A stretch of 64,000 bases of DNA from an uncultured Candidatus Saccharimonas sp. Its GTDB lineage: Bacteria; Patescibacteriota; Saccharimonadia; Saccharimonadales; AWTP1-31. The DNA is taken from the NCBI GenBank assembly GCA_943354005.1, contig CALRBE010000001.1, positions 147 to 64,146 of the forward strand, written 5' to 3'. Under the pieces are notes generated by a model, which made no database searches, was not told where the DNA came from, and saw nothing but the letters and a program-made list of their open reading frames with translations. The translations under genes and the position numbers were made by a program. Shown here piece by piece: positions 36,597 through 45,534 of the stretch (positions within the stretch are counted from its first letter, which is position 1; each line of letters starts with the position of its first letter).

Positions 36597-38891
36597 ATGT
36601 CAAAGAACCTTGTTATCGTAGAGTCCCCAGCAAAAGCTAAAACTATCGAGAAATACCTCGGTAGTGACTTTGTCGTTAAAAGCAGCATGGGCCACATTCG
36701 TTCGTTACCAAGCAAGAATGGTAGTATCGATGTTAAAAACAAATTCGAACCTATATTTGAGATCAATCCAGACAAAAAGAAAACTATTGCTGAACTTAAA
36801 AAACAGGCAAAGACAGCCGATACTATCTGGCTCGCATCTGATGAAGACCGAGAAGGAGAGGCTATTGCTTGGCATCTAGCAGAAGTATTGAAGCTTGACC
36901 CTAAAACAACCAAACGAATTGTATTTCATGAAATTACTAAAAGTGCGCTCGATCACGCTATTAAGAATCCTCGCACAATAGACTTACCGCTTGTTGAAGC
37001 TCAGCAAGCTCGTCAAGCTCTAGATTATCTTGTAGGGTTCGAATTAAGTCCTGTGCTATGGCGAAAAGTACGCCCTCAGCTAAGTGCAGGAAGAGTCCAG
37101 AGCGTTGCCGTAAGACTTGTCGTCGAACGAGAGCGGGAAATCGAAAAGCATGATGCAGAGTCATCTTATAAGGTAACTGCTGAATTAAAACTTAAAGATG
37201 GCACAGAGCTACTCGCGGAAGCTAGTAAAAAATATCAGGATGCGACCTCAGTACTAAAAATTCTTGAAGCTTTTAATGAAAGTGAATTTAGTGTATCCGA
37301 TATCAGTCGCAAGCCAAGCATCCGAAACCCATCGGCTCCATTTATAACTAGTACATTGCAGCAGGAGGCGAGTAATAAGATAGGCTTTAGCCCTCGTACG
37401 ACCATGCAGCTTGCCCAAAAGCTATATGAAGCAGGATTAATCACTTACATGCGTACCGACTCTGTAGCGCTTTCTAAAGTAGCGACAGATGCAATGAGTG
37501 AATATATAATTAAGCGCTACGGCCAAGATTACTACCAATTTAGAACTTTTAAATCTAAAAGTGCCGGTGCGCAAGAAGCTCACGAAGCGATTAGACCAAC
37601 GAATATTAAAGTAGAAGAGGCTGGTGCCGATGCACAGCAGTCGAAACTATATAGTCTTATCTGGCGTCGAACTATTTCTACTCAGATGCAGCCAGCAAAA
37701 CTTGAAAAGACAACTATTAGCGTAACTGCCTCAAAAACCAAAGAAGTCCTTGAGGCCAAGGGAGAAGTAGTAATTTTCGATGGTTATCTAAAAGCTTATG
37801 GGCGGAGTAAAGATGATTCTCTTTTGCCACCACTCGAAGCAGGTGACCCCCTAACATTAGTCAGTGCAGATGGTCTAGAAAACCTTAGCCGTGGACCAGC
37901 ACGCTACACAGAAGCGTCACTAGTGCGCAAACTCGAGGAAATGGGTATCGGACGTCCAAGTACATATGCAAGCACTATTAGCACCGTCCAGACACGTGGC
38001 TATGTTGAACGCAGCGATCTTGAGGGACAAGAAAGAAATATCCAACGTATTACGCTTAAGAACGGCAAAGTTCTCCAAACTGAAGAGAAAATAGCTTACG
38101 GAAAAGATTCCAATAAACTGTTCCCAACAGACACAGGGAAAGTTGTAACTGATTTTCTAGTTAAACACTTTAGTGAAGTTATGGATTACGATTTTACTAA
38201 AACAGTAGAGCAGGATCTTGATGAAATAGCTGAGAACAAGAAAAACCGTGTCGAAGTACTTGAAAAGTTCTATGGACCTTTCCATAAGCTAGTAGAGGCA
38301 AGTGCCGATATTTCCAGAGCAGAGGCAACGCAAACGCGCCACATTGGAGATGATCCAAAAGGTAAAGTACCAATTTTTGCACGATTTGGGCGCTACGGAC
38401 CAATGTTGCAGCGAGGAGAGCAGTCAGATGATCCAAAGCCTACGTTCGCTCCGCTACCTACAGGAACAAAGATAGAGACAGTAACACTCGAAGAAGCACT
38501 TGAAATGTTTAAGCTACCGCGTTTAGTAGGTGAGACCAAAGAAGGTTTACCGATTAAAGCCAACATTGGACGATTTGGTCCATATATTCAAATAGATAAG
38601 CTATTCGTATCAATAAAGCCACTTGATCCAATGAAAATTACACTAGAAGAATCATTAGATCTATACGCCGAAAAACTTAAAAAAGAAGCCGAAAAGAACA
38701 TAAATGACTTCGGTGACGGAGTAAAAGTTCTTAATGGTCAATACGGACCATATATTACTGATGGGAAGAAGAACGCTAAGATACCGAAAGATGTCGAGCC
38801 CAAGGACATTACCCACGAACAAGCAATAAAGCTACTCAAAGAAGCTCCAGATAAAAAACGCTTCACTCGACGCAAAAAGAAAGCTGCCTAG
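36597..38891 (+). CDS. topA: DNA topoisomerase I
   Basis: The Toprim motifs are LVIVESPAKAKTIEKYLG and ASDEDREGEAIAWH. The active-site Tyr region is ITYMRTDS, and the C-terminus is Lys-rich. Confidence 0.95.
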   Translation: MSKNLVIVESPAKAKTIEKYLGSDFVVKSSMGHIRSLPSKNGSIDVKNKFEPIFEINPDKKKTIAELKKQAKTADTIWLASDEDREGEAIAWHLAEVLKLDPKTTKRIVFHEITKSALDHAIKNPRTIDLPLVEAQQARQALDYLVGFELSPVLWRKVRPQLSAGRVQSVAVRLVVEREREIEKHDAESSYKVTAELKLKDGTELLAEASKKYQDATSVLKILEAFNESEFSVSDISRKPSIRNPSAPFITSTLQQEASNKIGFSPRTTMQLAQKLYEAGLITYMRTDSVALSKVATDAMSEYIIKRYGQDYYQFRTFKSKSAGAQEAHEAIRPTNIKVEEAGADAQQSKLYSLIWRRTISTQMQPAKLEKTTISVTASKTKEVLEAKGEVVIFDGYLKAYGRSKDDSLLPPLEAGDPLTLVSADGLENLSRGPARYTEASLVRKLEEMGIGRPSTYASTISTVQTRGYVERSDLEGQERNIQRITLKNGKVLQTEEKIAYGKDSNKLFPTDTGKVVTDFLVKHFSEVMDYDFTKTVEQDLDEIAENKKNRVEVLEKFYGPFHKLVEASADISRAEATQTRHIGDDPKGKVPIFARFGRYGPMLQRGEQSDDPKPTFAPLPTGTKIETVTLEEALEMFKLPRLVGETKEGLPIKANIGRFGPYIQIDKLFVSIKPLDPMKITLEESLDLYAEKLKKEAEKNINDFGDGVKVLNGQYGPYITDGKKNAKIPKDVEPKDITHEQAIKLLKEAPDKKRFTRRKKKAA

Positions 38892-39031
38892 AACAACCAA
38901 CCATTGTATTTTTTTCTATGTTTTTCCACATATTTGTATCTATTCCAAGTCGATTTTACAGTAATACAAACAGATAACTTTTATGCGGAATATGCTACTA
39001 GCTGATAGAATATGGTTACGAGAATACATAT

Positions 39032-39060
39032 TTGACTTATACCCAGTATAGTTATATAAT
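39032..39060 (+). promoter_or_regulatory. sigma-70-type promoter, TTGACT-N17-TATAAT
   Basis: TTGACT is at 39032-39037 and TATAAT at 39055-39060, 48 nt upstream of the ATG at 39108. Confidence 0.5.
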
Positions 39061-39107
39061 TGTATAGATATTTGTTAATAATTCTAACAGGTTAGGGAAA
39101 CACCATA

Positions 39108-40148
39108 ATGGCAGAAACAGTACAAACCGAAACAACTACAATGGAGCAGATGGTTAAAGACGTCATCGCAACCATTGAACGTGAACGAGAGCGAGAGATT
39201 ATCGAGCGTCGTTTTGGTCTTTTTGATCGAAAAGAAACACTCGAACAAATCGGTGAATTACTTGGCATTACAAGGGAACGCGTCCGTCAGCTTGAAAAAT
39301 CAGTTGTTATAAAGCTAAAAGCTGCTTCTGAATCTGACCTACCACACATAAAAGACTTTCAGGAAAAGCTAAAGAATCACCTAAATACAGTTGGTGATAT
39401 TTCTCGAATTAAAGTTCTAACAAGCCTTTATGCCGGAGATAACGATAAGCTAACTCAATCTAGAATCTCATTCTTGTCACATTTGAGCCCTTCACTACAT
39501 GTTATTGAAGATAACGATCACTTCCATCACGCTGTTAGCATTAAAGCTACTAATGATGCAGCGCAAGTAAAAGCTAGCTTAGATAACATTATTACTTCTA
39601 TAAAGAAGCTCGGTAAACCAGCTAAGATAGATGCTATAGCTAACGAAGCATCTATTAAAAGCGTCAAGAACGCAGCAGCTCTCGCAAGTACAAGCAAGCA
39701 GCTTGCTACCCTTAACGGACTATGGGGCCTCATCAAATGGCCACTCGTAAACCCTAAAAACATTCGCGATAAGATCTACGTTATCTTAAGTGTTAATGGT
39801 AAGCCTATGCACTTTAATGAGATCGCTAAAGCGATTAAGGGTTCAGAGTTTAAGCGGAAGAACGTAACTACTCAAGCAATTCATAATGAGCTAATCAAAG
39901 ATGGACGCTTCGTACTTATCGGCCGTGGTATCTATGCTCTTAAAGAGTGGGGATACGCTAAAGGTACTGTAGCTGACATCATTACTGATGTATTGAAAAA
40001 AGCCGGTGAACCTCTTCATCGTGAAGAAATAGTCAAAAGAGTACTTGAAAGTAGGCACGTTAAGGAAACTACAATCCTTCTGAACCTACAGGGCAAGACT
40101 CAGTTCAAGCGAGTTGCAAAAGCAACATATACTCTCAGCGAAGCTTAA
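39108..40148 (+). CDS. sigma-70 region 4 / HARE-HTH domain DNA-binding protein
   Basis: The N-terminus RRFGLFDRKETLEQIGELLGITRERVRQLEKSVVIKLK is sigma region 4. The C-terminus MHFNEIAKAIK...VTTQAIHNELIKDGRFVLIGRGIYALKEWGY is HARE-HTH-like. Confidence 0.7.
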   Translation: MAETVQTETTTMEQMVKDVIATIEREREREIIERRFGLFDRKETLEQIGELLGITRERVRQLEKSVVIKLKAASESDLPHIKDFQEKLKNHLNTVGDISRIKVLTSLYAGDNDKLTQSRISFLSHLSPSLHVIEDNDHFHHAVSIKATNDAAQVKASLDNIITSIKKLGKPAKIDAIANEASIKSVKNAAALASTSKQLATLNGLWGLIKWPLVNPKNIRDKIYVILSVNGKPMHFNEIAKAIKGSEFKRKNVTTQAIHNELIKDGRFVLIGRGIYALKEWGYAKGTVADIITDVLKKAGEPLHREEIVKRVLESRHVKETTILLNLQGKTQFKRVAKATYTLSEA

Positions 40149-40171
40149 AAACAGTTAAAAAAGGATACTCC

Positions 40172-40690
40172 ATGTCCGAAATCCAAAACGATACCAGTTT
40201 ACCAATTTTTGAAGTACAAGAACGCCGGCTGCTTATTAGTTCTGAAATGCAGCTTAGCTCCGCAGTTCAGGATGGAGAAGATAGGTTTTTGCGTCCAGTT
40301 TACACATCTGGTCCAATCAATAGTGACCTTGAGTCTAGACTTGAAAGTGCACAGCATGAATTTAAGCTTCTGGCATGTCAAACGCAGACCGAAGTAGTCC
40401 CTCATAGGTTTGGACTATATCCAGCAGACAAAGTTCTAGAAAACTACTATAGAGCCCATGGTCAAAATGGCCTCATACCAAGCGGATACATTCTAGCAGC
40501 AGAAGTAAAGATAATACCGCACGAAGATTCAAGGATGCTAAAATTACGTCCCCATTCAATAAGGCAGGGGATTAAGCTATATAGACAGACATCAAATAAA
40601 CTAGCTAACTTAAGCGCTAGACAGTTTATACAAAACAGTGAAACTGGAGCTTGGACTTACCTGGGCATTGAACCACGATTACGCGGGTAA
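40172..40690 (+). CDS. hypothetical protein
   Basis: A 172-aa ORF preceded by AAGGA. I recognise no domain. Its last ~10 codons lie in the left copy of a direct repeat. Confidence 0.5.
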   Translation: MSEIQNDTSLPIFEVQERRLLISSEMQLSSAVQDGEDRFLRPVYTSGPINSDLESRLESAQHEFKLLACQTQTEVVPHRFGLYPADKVLENYYRAHGQNGLIPSGYILAAEVKIIPHEDSRMLKLRPHSIRQGIKLYRQTSNKLANLSARQFIQNSETGAWTYLGIEPRLRG

Positions 40691-40717
40691 AAACTATAAG
40701 AACATTTTACGATTACT
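40660..40717. repeat. left copy of ~58-bp direct repeat (3' end of the 172-aa ORF plus downstream)
   Basis: Cores GAACCACGATTACGCGG (40670-40686) and GAACATTTTACGA (40700-40712) recur at 41599-41615 and 41629-41641 with identical 30-nt spacing. Confidence 0.8.
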
Positions 40718-40789
40718 CAACAAACATAAAACTTAAGAGCGAGTAATATGAGAAAAATAGTTGGAACTAAATAAGCATAAGATTGATTG

Positions 40790-40798
40790 TGCTATAAT
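40790..40798 (+). promoter_or_regulatory. extended -10 promoter element TGCTATAAT
   Basis: TGCTATAAT lies at 40790-40798, 43 nt upstream of the ATG at 40841. I found no convincing -35. Confidence 0.4.
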
Positions 40799-40840
40799 TT
40801 TAAAAAGAAATACCAATATCAACATAAGTTAGGGAACTCT

Positions 40841-41578
40841 ATGTATAAGCTACTAAAATACATTCTTGTATTTACTCTTTTTATAAGCGTACTTGCTAAA
40901 AGCTTTAGCAGAGGAGATTTAATAGCTGCCCCTTTAATAGTTCTATTAGCTGTCCTTTATTTAGATAGAGGAATTATGAAAAAAGCTAAGTTAAGTAATG
41001 AACGTAATTCTGTGGTTAATTCATACGAAACAAAGAAACATACTATACTAAAACTCGTTACATGGACATTAGTAGTATTAGCTTTGTTAATATTTCCAGT
41101 TACAGTATTAGATATACCTGCCGATGCTCCTTTGATACTACTTATAATTGTTATGGCTGTCCTTTATTTAGATAAAAGCATTATAAAAACCTCTATTTTT
41201 AATAGCAAACGTAATTCTATGGTTAATTCATACGAAAAGATGAAACATACCATACTAAAACTCGTTATATGGACATTAATAGTATTAGCTTTGTTAACAT
41301 TCCTAGTTACAGGATTAAATCTAGGGTCCGGAGTGCCTTTGATAAAATCCTTAGGTTCGGGATTAAATCTACAGTCCGGAGTTATTTTAGTAGGGGACTA
41401 TCGCACTCAGAATCTAGAGTCCGGAGTTATTTTAGTAGATAACGATCGCATTAAGACTCTATCGGTATGGGGCTTAATTTTTGTCATGGCAGTGTACTAT
41501 GAAATTCAATTAAGAAAAAAATATAAGAATGACCCTAGCAAATCAAAAACCAAAGATCAGACTGCAATAAATAAATAA
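40841..41578 (+). CDS. multi-pass membrane protein with internal ~70-aa tandem duplication
   Basis: The module SNERNSVVNSYETKKHTILKLVTWTLVVLALLIF... repeats as SKRNSMVNSYEKMKHTILKLVIWTLIVLALLTF... I prefer the ATG at 40841, since the ORF-track TTG at 40787 overlaps the promoter element. Confidence 0.6.
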   Translation: MYKLLKYILVFTLFISVLAKSFSRGDLIAAPLIVLLAVLYLDRGIMKKAKLSNERNSVVNSYETKKHTILKLVTWTLVVLALLIFPVTVLDIPADAPLILLIIVMAVLYLDKSIIKTSIFNSKRNSMVNSYEKMKHTILKLVIWTLIVLALLTFLVTGLNLGSGVPLIKSLGSGLNLQSGVILVGDYRTQNLESGVILVDNDRIKTLSVWGLIFVMAVYYEIQLRKKYKNDPSKSKTKDQTAINK

Positions 41579-41589
41579 TCCACTCAACT

Positions 41590-41646
41590 CCTGGATATGA
41601 ACCACGATTACGCGGATAAATACTTTACGAACATTTTACGAACACT
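41590..41646. repeat. right copy of ~58-bp direct repeat
   Basis: CCTGGATATGAACCACGATTACGCGGATAAATACTTTACGAACATTTTACGAACACT here compares with CCTGGGCATTGAACCACGATTACGCGGGTAAAAACTATAAGAACATTTTACGATTACT at 40660. Confidence 0.8.
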
Positions 41647-41960
41647 ATATATGGCATAAGGCAGGATAGTCCAGCCGTTAAGCCTTAAAGAACTAGGTAG
41701 ATGAGGGTGAGTAGGGTAAAGCACAATAAATACAAACAAAAAAACAGGGAGAAAACCAGGGTGAAATCGGTAGAGCGTTAAGGCTTAGATACATACATGA
41801 CGTCGCACAATGTATATTTTGCGACTCACATATAGGATATAAAGAGACCTACTGATACCACTACTGTAGGGCACTGCTAGTGAATAAACCCTAACTAACG
41901 TATAAAACTAATAATGGTGGGCTCGCTTACTACTCTATAAAAGCACCTATGCGGTATCCG
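41600..41960 (+). ncRNA. candidate structured RNA with RNase P RNA-like sequence patches (unverified)
   Basis: In order: AGGATAGTCCAGCC (cf. GAGGAAAGUCCGGGC), ACAGGGAGAAAACC (cf. ACAGAGAGCAAACC), AGGGTGAAATCGGTAGAGCG (cf. AGGGUGAAAGGGUGCGGUAAGAGCG), CTAGTGAATAAAC (cf. CUAGAUGAAUGAC). P4 pairing is not convincing. Confidence 0.3.
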
Positions 41961-42285
41961 TCCTAAGATCCATATCAACTATGCACATGTCGCAAAAAGT
42001 TTTCCACAACGTTATTTGCATTATTTGACTTTTGTTGCTTTATATATGCTTTTATACATGTCCTTTTATATATTCATTACCCCTCTTCTATTTGACTTCT
42101 ACCCTGTTTCATTATGGTTTTATACTAATTTGTAACACGCACTGAATTTACCAATTGAACAAAATACGAACATTCTTTATGAAAAAAGGAGGGGGAGGAG
42201 AAGACCAAAACATACGGCCTTAATGCGATCTCTCCCTTGCTTAATTGCAGTTTCGGATTGTGTGTTCTATTTCTACGCTTTATAT

Positions 42286-43191
42286 CTACTTGTAGAATAT
42301 CTTTTCTTCTACACGAGCATCGATGTATTCTTTCACTACTCCCTGCTCTGCCCGGAGCTTGTTATATATTGCAATAAACTGCCCTGCTGCAATTCTAGGA
42401 TCACTGATCAGACTGAACTTAACAAAGTACTTTTGACCAACAACTTCAACTCGTATCTCTGAAGCCTCCTTGGGCAGCTTAATACTTGATACTGTGATTT
42501 CTTTAGCATTCAATTGGTAGATTAGTGAGGTAATGAATGTGACGTCCTTTGTTGAAAGTACTCCCTTCCCTACTTTTATTGGGATGCTTGTTTCATCGTT
42601 TATGGTTGGCAGGTTAAGGCTGGAGACTCCTGGGACATCTTTCAATCGAGCAATAGCCTTACCGTTCTGGTTTAATACGAATACGCCGTCTTGGCTAGTT
42701 ATAAGAAGCTTAGGGTTATCTGAAACCAACTCTACTAATGGAGATCGGCCCATTATGGGTATAGTCATCGATACGACACCAAGTTCTGGGAATTCTTCTT
42801 TCATCCGATCTTCAAATTTGTCAGTACTGATAGTTAGTTTTGTTTTGTTTAAAATTGATTCATTCAAGATGCTATTTGCTTCATCCTGATAAACTTTTTG
42901 ATCTCTTAATAACGGGGTTTTTTTACCTAGAGTCTTAATTGTAACTCTGTTATTTAGCGTTAGTGCGTAGAGTACACTTATGCCAATTGCAATTGCCGCA
43001 ATTAAGGTCGGTATTTGCTTCCATTTGAACGAGACCGACCGTCGTCTAACAGGGGTCTCTTCCCTGCTCCGTGCACCGGATTCACTGGACCTGTTTGCAT
43101 GATAAGAAAAGAAGTTCTTCTGGGCTGAAGGGCTGGATACAGAGCGTCTTGAATTTGTGCCCTCTACTTGTTTTTTATTTCTTCCTAGCAC
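42286..43191 (-). CDS. ftsQ: cell division protein FtsQ/DivIB-like (POTRA)
   Basis: It has a basic N-terminus, one TM helix (IPTLIAAIAIGISVLYAL) and a POTRA-like region. It is the last gene of the dcw cluster. Confidence 0.7.
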   Translation of the reverse strand: MLGRNKKQVEGTNSRRSVSSPSAQKNFFSYHANRSSESGARSREETPVRRRSVSFKWKQIPTLIAAIAIGISVLYALTLNNRVTIKTLGKKTPLLRDQKVYQDEANSILNESILNKTKLTISTDKFEDRMKEEFPELGVVSMTIPIMGRSPLVELVSDNPKLLITSQDGVFVLNQNGKAIARLKDVPGVSSLNLPTINDETSIPIKVGKGVLSTKDVTFITSLIYQLNAKEITVSSIKLPKEASEIRVEVVGQKYFVKFSLISDPRIAAGQFIAIYNKLRAEQGVVKEYIDARVEEKIFYK

Positions 43192-44360
43192 TACGCTCTA
43201 GTTCCGTTCGCAGTACCTATAATAATATCCGCAAGCTTATTCGCAGCAGTAATGTCAGCGGTAGCGTGGAAAGCCTCAGCAAGCTTCTCACGAGCTTTAT
43301 CATCTTTTAGGAGATGCTCGATATCACGAAGAAGTAGTTCAGGATTTTTAACAATTTGAGAGTCAGAAATCACCATAATAGCTTTAGACTTCTCAAGCAC
43401 TTCAGCGTTCTTAGTTTGATGACCGCCTGTCAGCTGTGGGTTTGGAACGATAATACATGCCTTTTGTTGAGCAGCAAGTTCAGCCAAGGTATTTGCTCCA
43501 GCTCTAGAGATAACTACATCTGCAGCACCAGTATAAACATACATATCATCTATGAATGGTTTGATGATAACTCGCTGTGCTGAATCCTTTACGTTTTCAT
43601 ATTGTTTGCTTACTTGGTCTTCGTTACTAGCGCCAGTAATATGAACTATGTATAGCTGCGGATAACGGGACAATAACTGCTTTGATATTTTTGTTATTGC
43701 AGAGTTTAATCTTTGAGCACCTAAGCCACCGCCAGTTACGAGTATAAGCTGGGAGTTTGTAGGAATATCAATAGTGTGCAGGTATTGGGATCGCTTACTA
43801 GCACTAACTGGTCGATACTGATCACTTATTGGGACGCCTACCTGGATCATCTTATCGGCAGCGTAAGTGTAGTTTTCGATCGGCATTGCGACAGTATTTT
43901 TACGAGCCCAACGACTAATTATTCTATTAGCTAAGCCTGGAACTGCATCTGAATCATGAGTTGTATAAGGTATGCCACAGATTGCAGCAGCAAGGCCAAC
44001 TGGTACGCCTACAAACCCTCCCTTAATAAAGATAGCATCAGGACTTTCTTTACGGATCATGCTTAATGCCTGGAAAAAACCTATAATGACGTAGAAGAAA
44101 TCGCGAATGTTCTTTAGCAATGTTGGAATGTCGAAGATCTGCTTTATGCCTTCTCCATGATAGCGACGAAACTTACCTGACCTAATTGAAAATACCTTTT
44201 CAATTGCTGGATCATTTTCAGGCAGATGAATTAAGGAATCGTTCTTACCTATTGCATAGATAAGCTTAGACTTTGGATATTTATTCTTTATTTCAGTTGC
44301 GACCGCGAGCACCGGGATTATATGTCCCCCTGAGCCGCCGCCTGTCAGTAGTACCTTCAT
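43191..44360 (-). CDS. murG: undecaprenyldiphospho-muramoylpentapeptide beta-N-acetylglucosaminyltransferase
   Basis: Motif MKVLLTGGGSGGHIIPVLAV is present, with the GT28 C-terminal motif region VTGGGLGAQ. Confidence 0.92.
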   Translation of the reverse strand: MKVLLTGGGSGGHIIPVLAVATEIKNKYPKSKLIYAIGKNDSLIHLPENDPAIEKVFSIRSGKFRRYHGEGIKQIFDIPTLLKNIRDFFYVIIGFFQALSMIRKESPDAIFIKGGFVGVPVGLAAAICGIPYTTHDSDAVPGLANRIISRWARKNTVAMPIENYTYAADKMIQVGVPISDQYRPVSASKRSQYLHTIDIPTNSQLILVTGGGLGAQRLNSAITKISKQLLSRYPQLYIVHITGASNEDQVSKQYENVKDSAQRVIIKPFIDDMYVYTGAADVVISRAGANTLAELAAQQKACIIVPNPQLTGGHQTKNAEVLEKSKAIMVISDSQIVKNPELLLRDIEHLLKDDKAREKLAEAFHATADITAANKLADIIIGTANGTRA

Positions 44361-45534
44361 GACTCTGTCCTTCTACTTTTTGGGAGTTAACAACACTATA
44401 GCTAGTATACCTTGAAATTTGGAAGACGATACCAATTGCTGCCGTAATAAATACAAGACTGGTTCCACCATAACTTATAAACGGTAACGTTATACCCTTC
44501 AATGGCAACATTCCTGTCATGGCTCCTATATTTATAATTGTTTGTGTACTCAGCCAAGCCAAAACACCAACTACAAGTAATCGACTATATGCATCGGTCG
44601 TATGCACTATTACTTTTTTCAAGCGCGAAAAGAATCCCAGGAAAAGCCCTAGCAAGGCAGTGACTCCTAAAAAGCCAAACTTCTCTGCATAGATTGCAAA
44701 GATGGAGTCATTCTGTGACTCTGGTAGATAACCATATGCTTGGACCCCTTTACCAAGACCAAGGCCAGCGATACCACCGGAACCAACTGCAATGAGCGCC
44801 TGGCAAGCTTGGTAACCTTCAGCTTGACAATCCCTTGTAGGATTAAAGAATGTTGCAAGACGGCTCCTACGATAGGAGCTAGTGGACGTTAACAGCACTA
44901 TTCCGATAATAATAGCGATAGCCGTCTGAAATAAAAGCTTCTTTGGAGCACCTGCAATAAATACCATTGATGCAATCATTGCTACCATTACTGCACTAGA
45001 GCCTAGATCACTTTGCACGAAAGCTACTATAACGGCTATTAGGCCAAGGACGATAAATAAAGGCTTCTGAATCTTTGAGGTATCTTGTATCTCGTGATTC
45101 CTAATGCGATCGGCTAAAAAGCCAGCAAGCCATATGAGCAGTGCAAATTTTATTAGTTCTGCAGCCTGAAAAGACATACCACCGAGCTGAATCCAGCGAT
45201 ACGCTCCGTTTATCTGTTCGCCGACAACACGCACTGCAATCGCTACTACGAAGGCTGCTATAACTATTGGGCGTTCAAATTTACGCCACAAATTTACTGG
45301 AGTATTGGCAGTAAAAATAAATGCAGCTAGGCCAAGTCCTATGGCAGTCAGCTGCTTAATGACATAGTAGTTTTCTCCAACATTCTTTTGGGCACTAAGA
45401 CCAGGGCTAATTGAATATAATACGACTAGACCCATGGCGAGTAATCCAGCGCTCAGCAATAACAGCCAGTAGTCAGGCTTATGTTGACGTGCTACCTGGC
45501 TTCCAACTTCTCGACGCCGACCACCCGGTTGCAT
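44293..45534 (-). CDS. ftsW: SEDS family peptidoglycan polymerase FtsW
   Basis: It has about 10 TM helices and the motif LPLKGITLPFISYGGTS. The start is taken at the ATG at 45534, which overlaps the mraY stop as TAATG; the ORF-track start at 45600 is less likely. Confidence 0.9.
   Translation of the reverse strand: MQPGGRRREVGSQVARQHKPDYWLLLLSAGLLAMGLVVLYSISPGLSAQKNVGENYYVIKQLTAIGLGLAAFIFTANTPVNLWRKFERPIVIAAFVVAIAVRVVGEQINGAYRWIQLGGMSFQAAELIKFALLIWLAGFLADRIRNHEIQDTSKIQKPLFIVLGLIAVIVAFVQSDLGSSAVMVAMIASMVFIAGAPKKLLFQTAIAIIIGIVLLTSTSSYRRSRLATFFNPTRDCQAEGYQACQALIAVGSGGIAGLGLGKGVQAYGYLPESQNDSIFAIYAEKFGFLGVTALLGLFLGFFSRLKKVIVHTTDAYSRLLVVGVLAWLSTQTIINIGAMTGMLPLKGITLPFISYGGTSLVFITAAIGIVFQISRYTSYSVVNSQKVEGQSHEGTTDRRRLRGTYNPGARGRN

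Noticed and set aside
42223-42462. The 79-aa plus-strand ORF, and the strong AAGGAGGGGGAGGAG tract at 42187-42201.
   Set aside because: The ORF lies mostly antisense to the ftsQ 3' end. The purine tract is ~20 nt too far from its ATG to serve as an RBS, and the only ATG properly near it (42179) opens a 15-codon frame.
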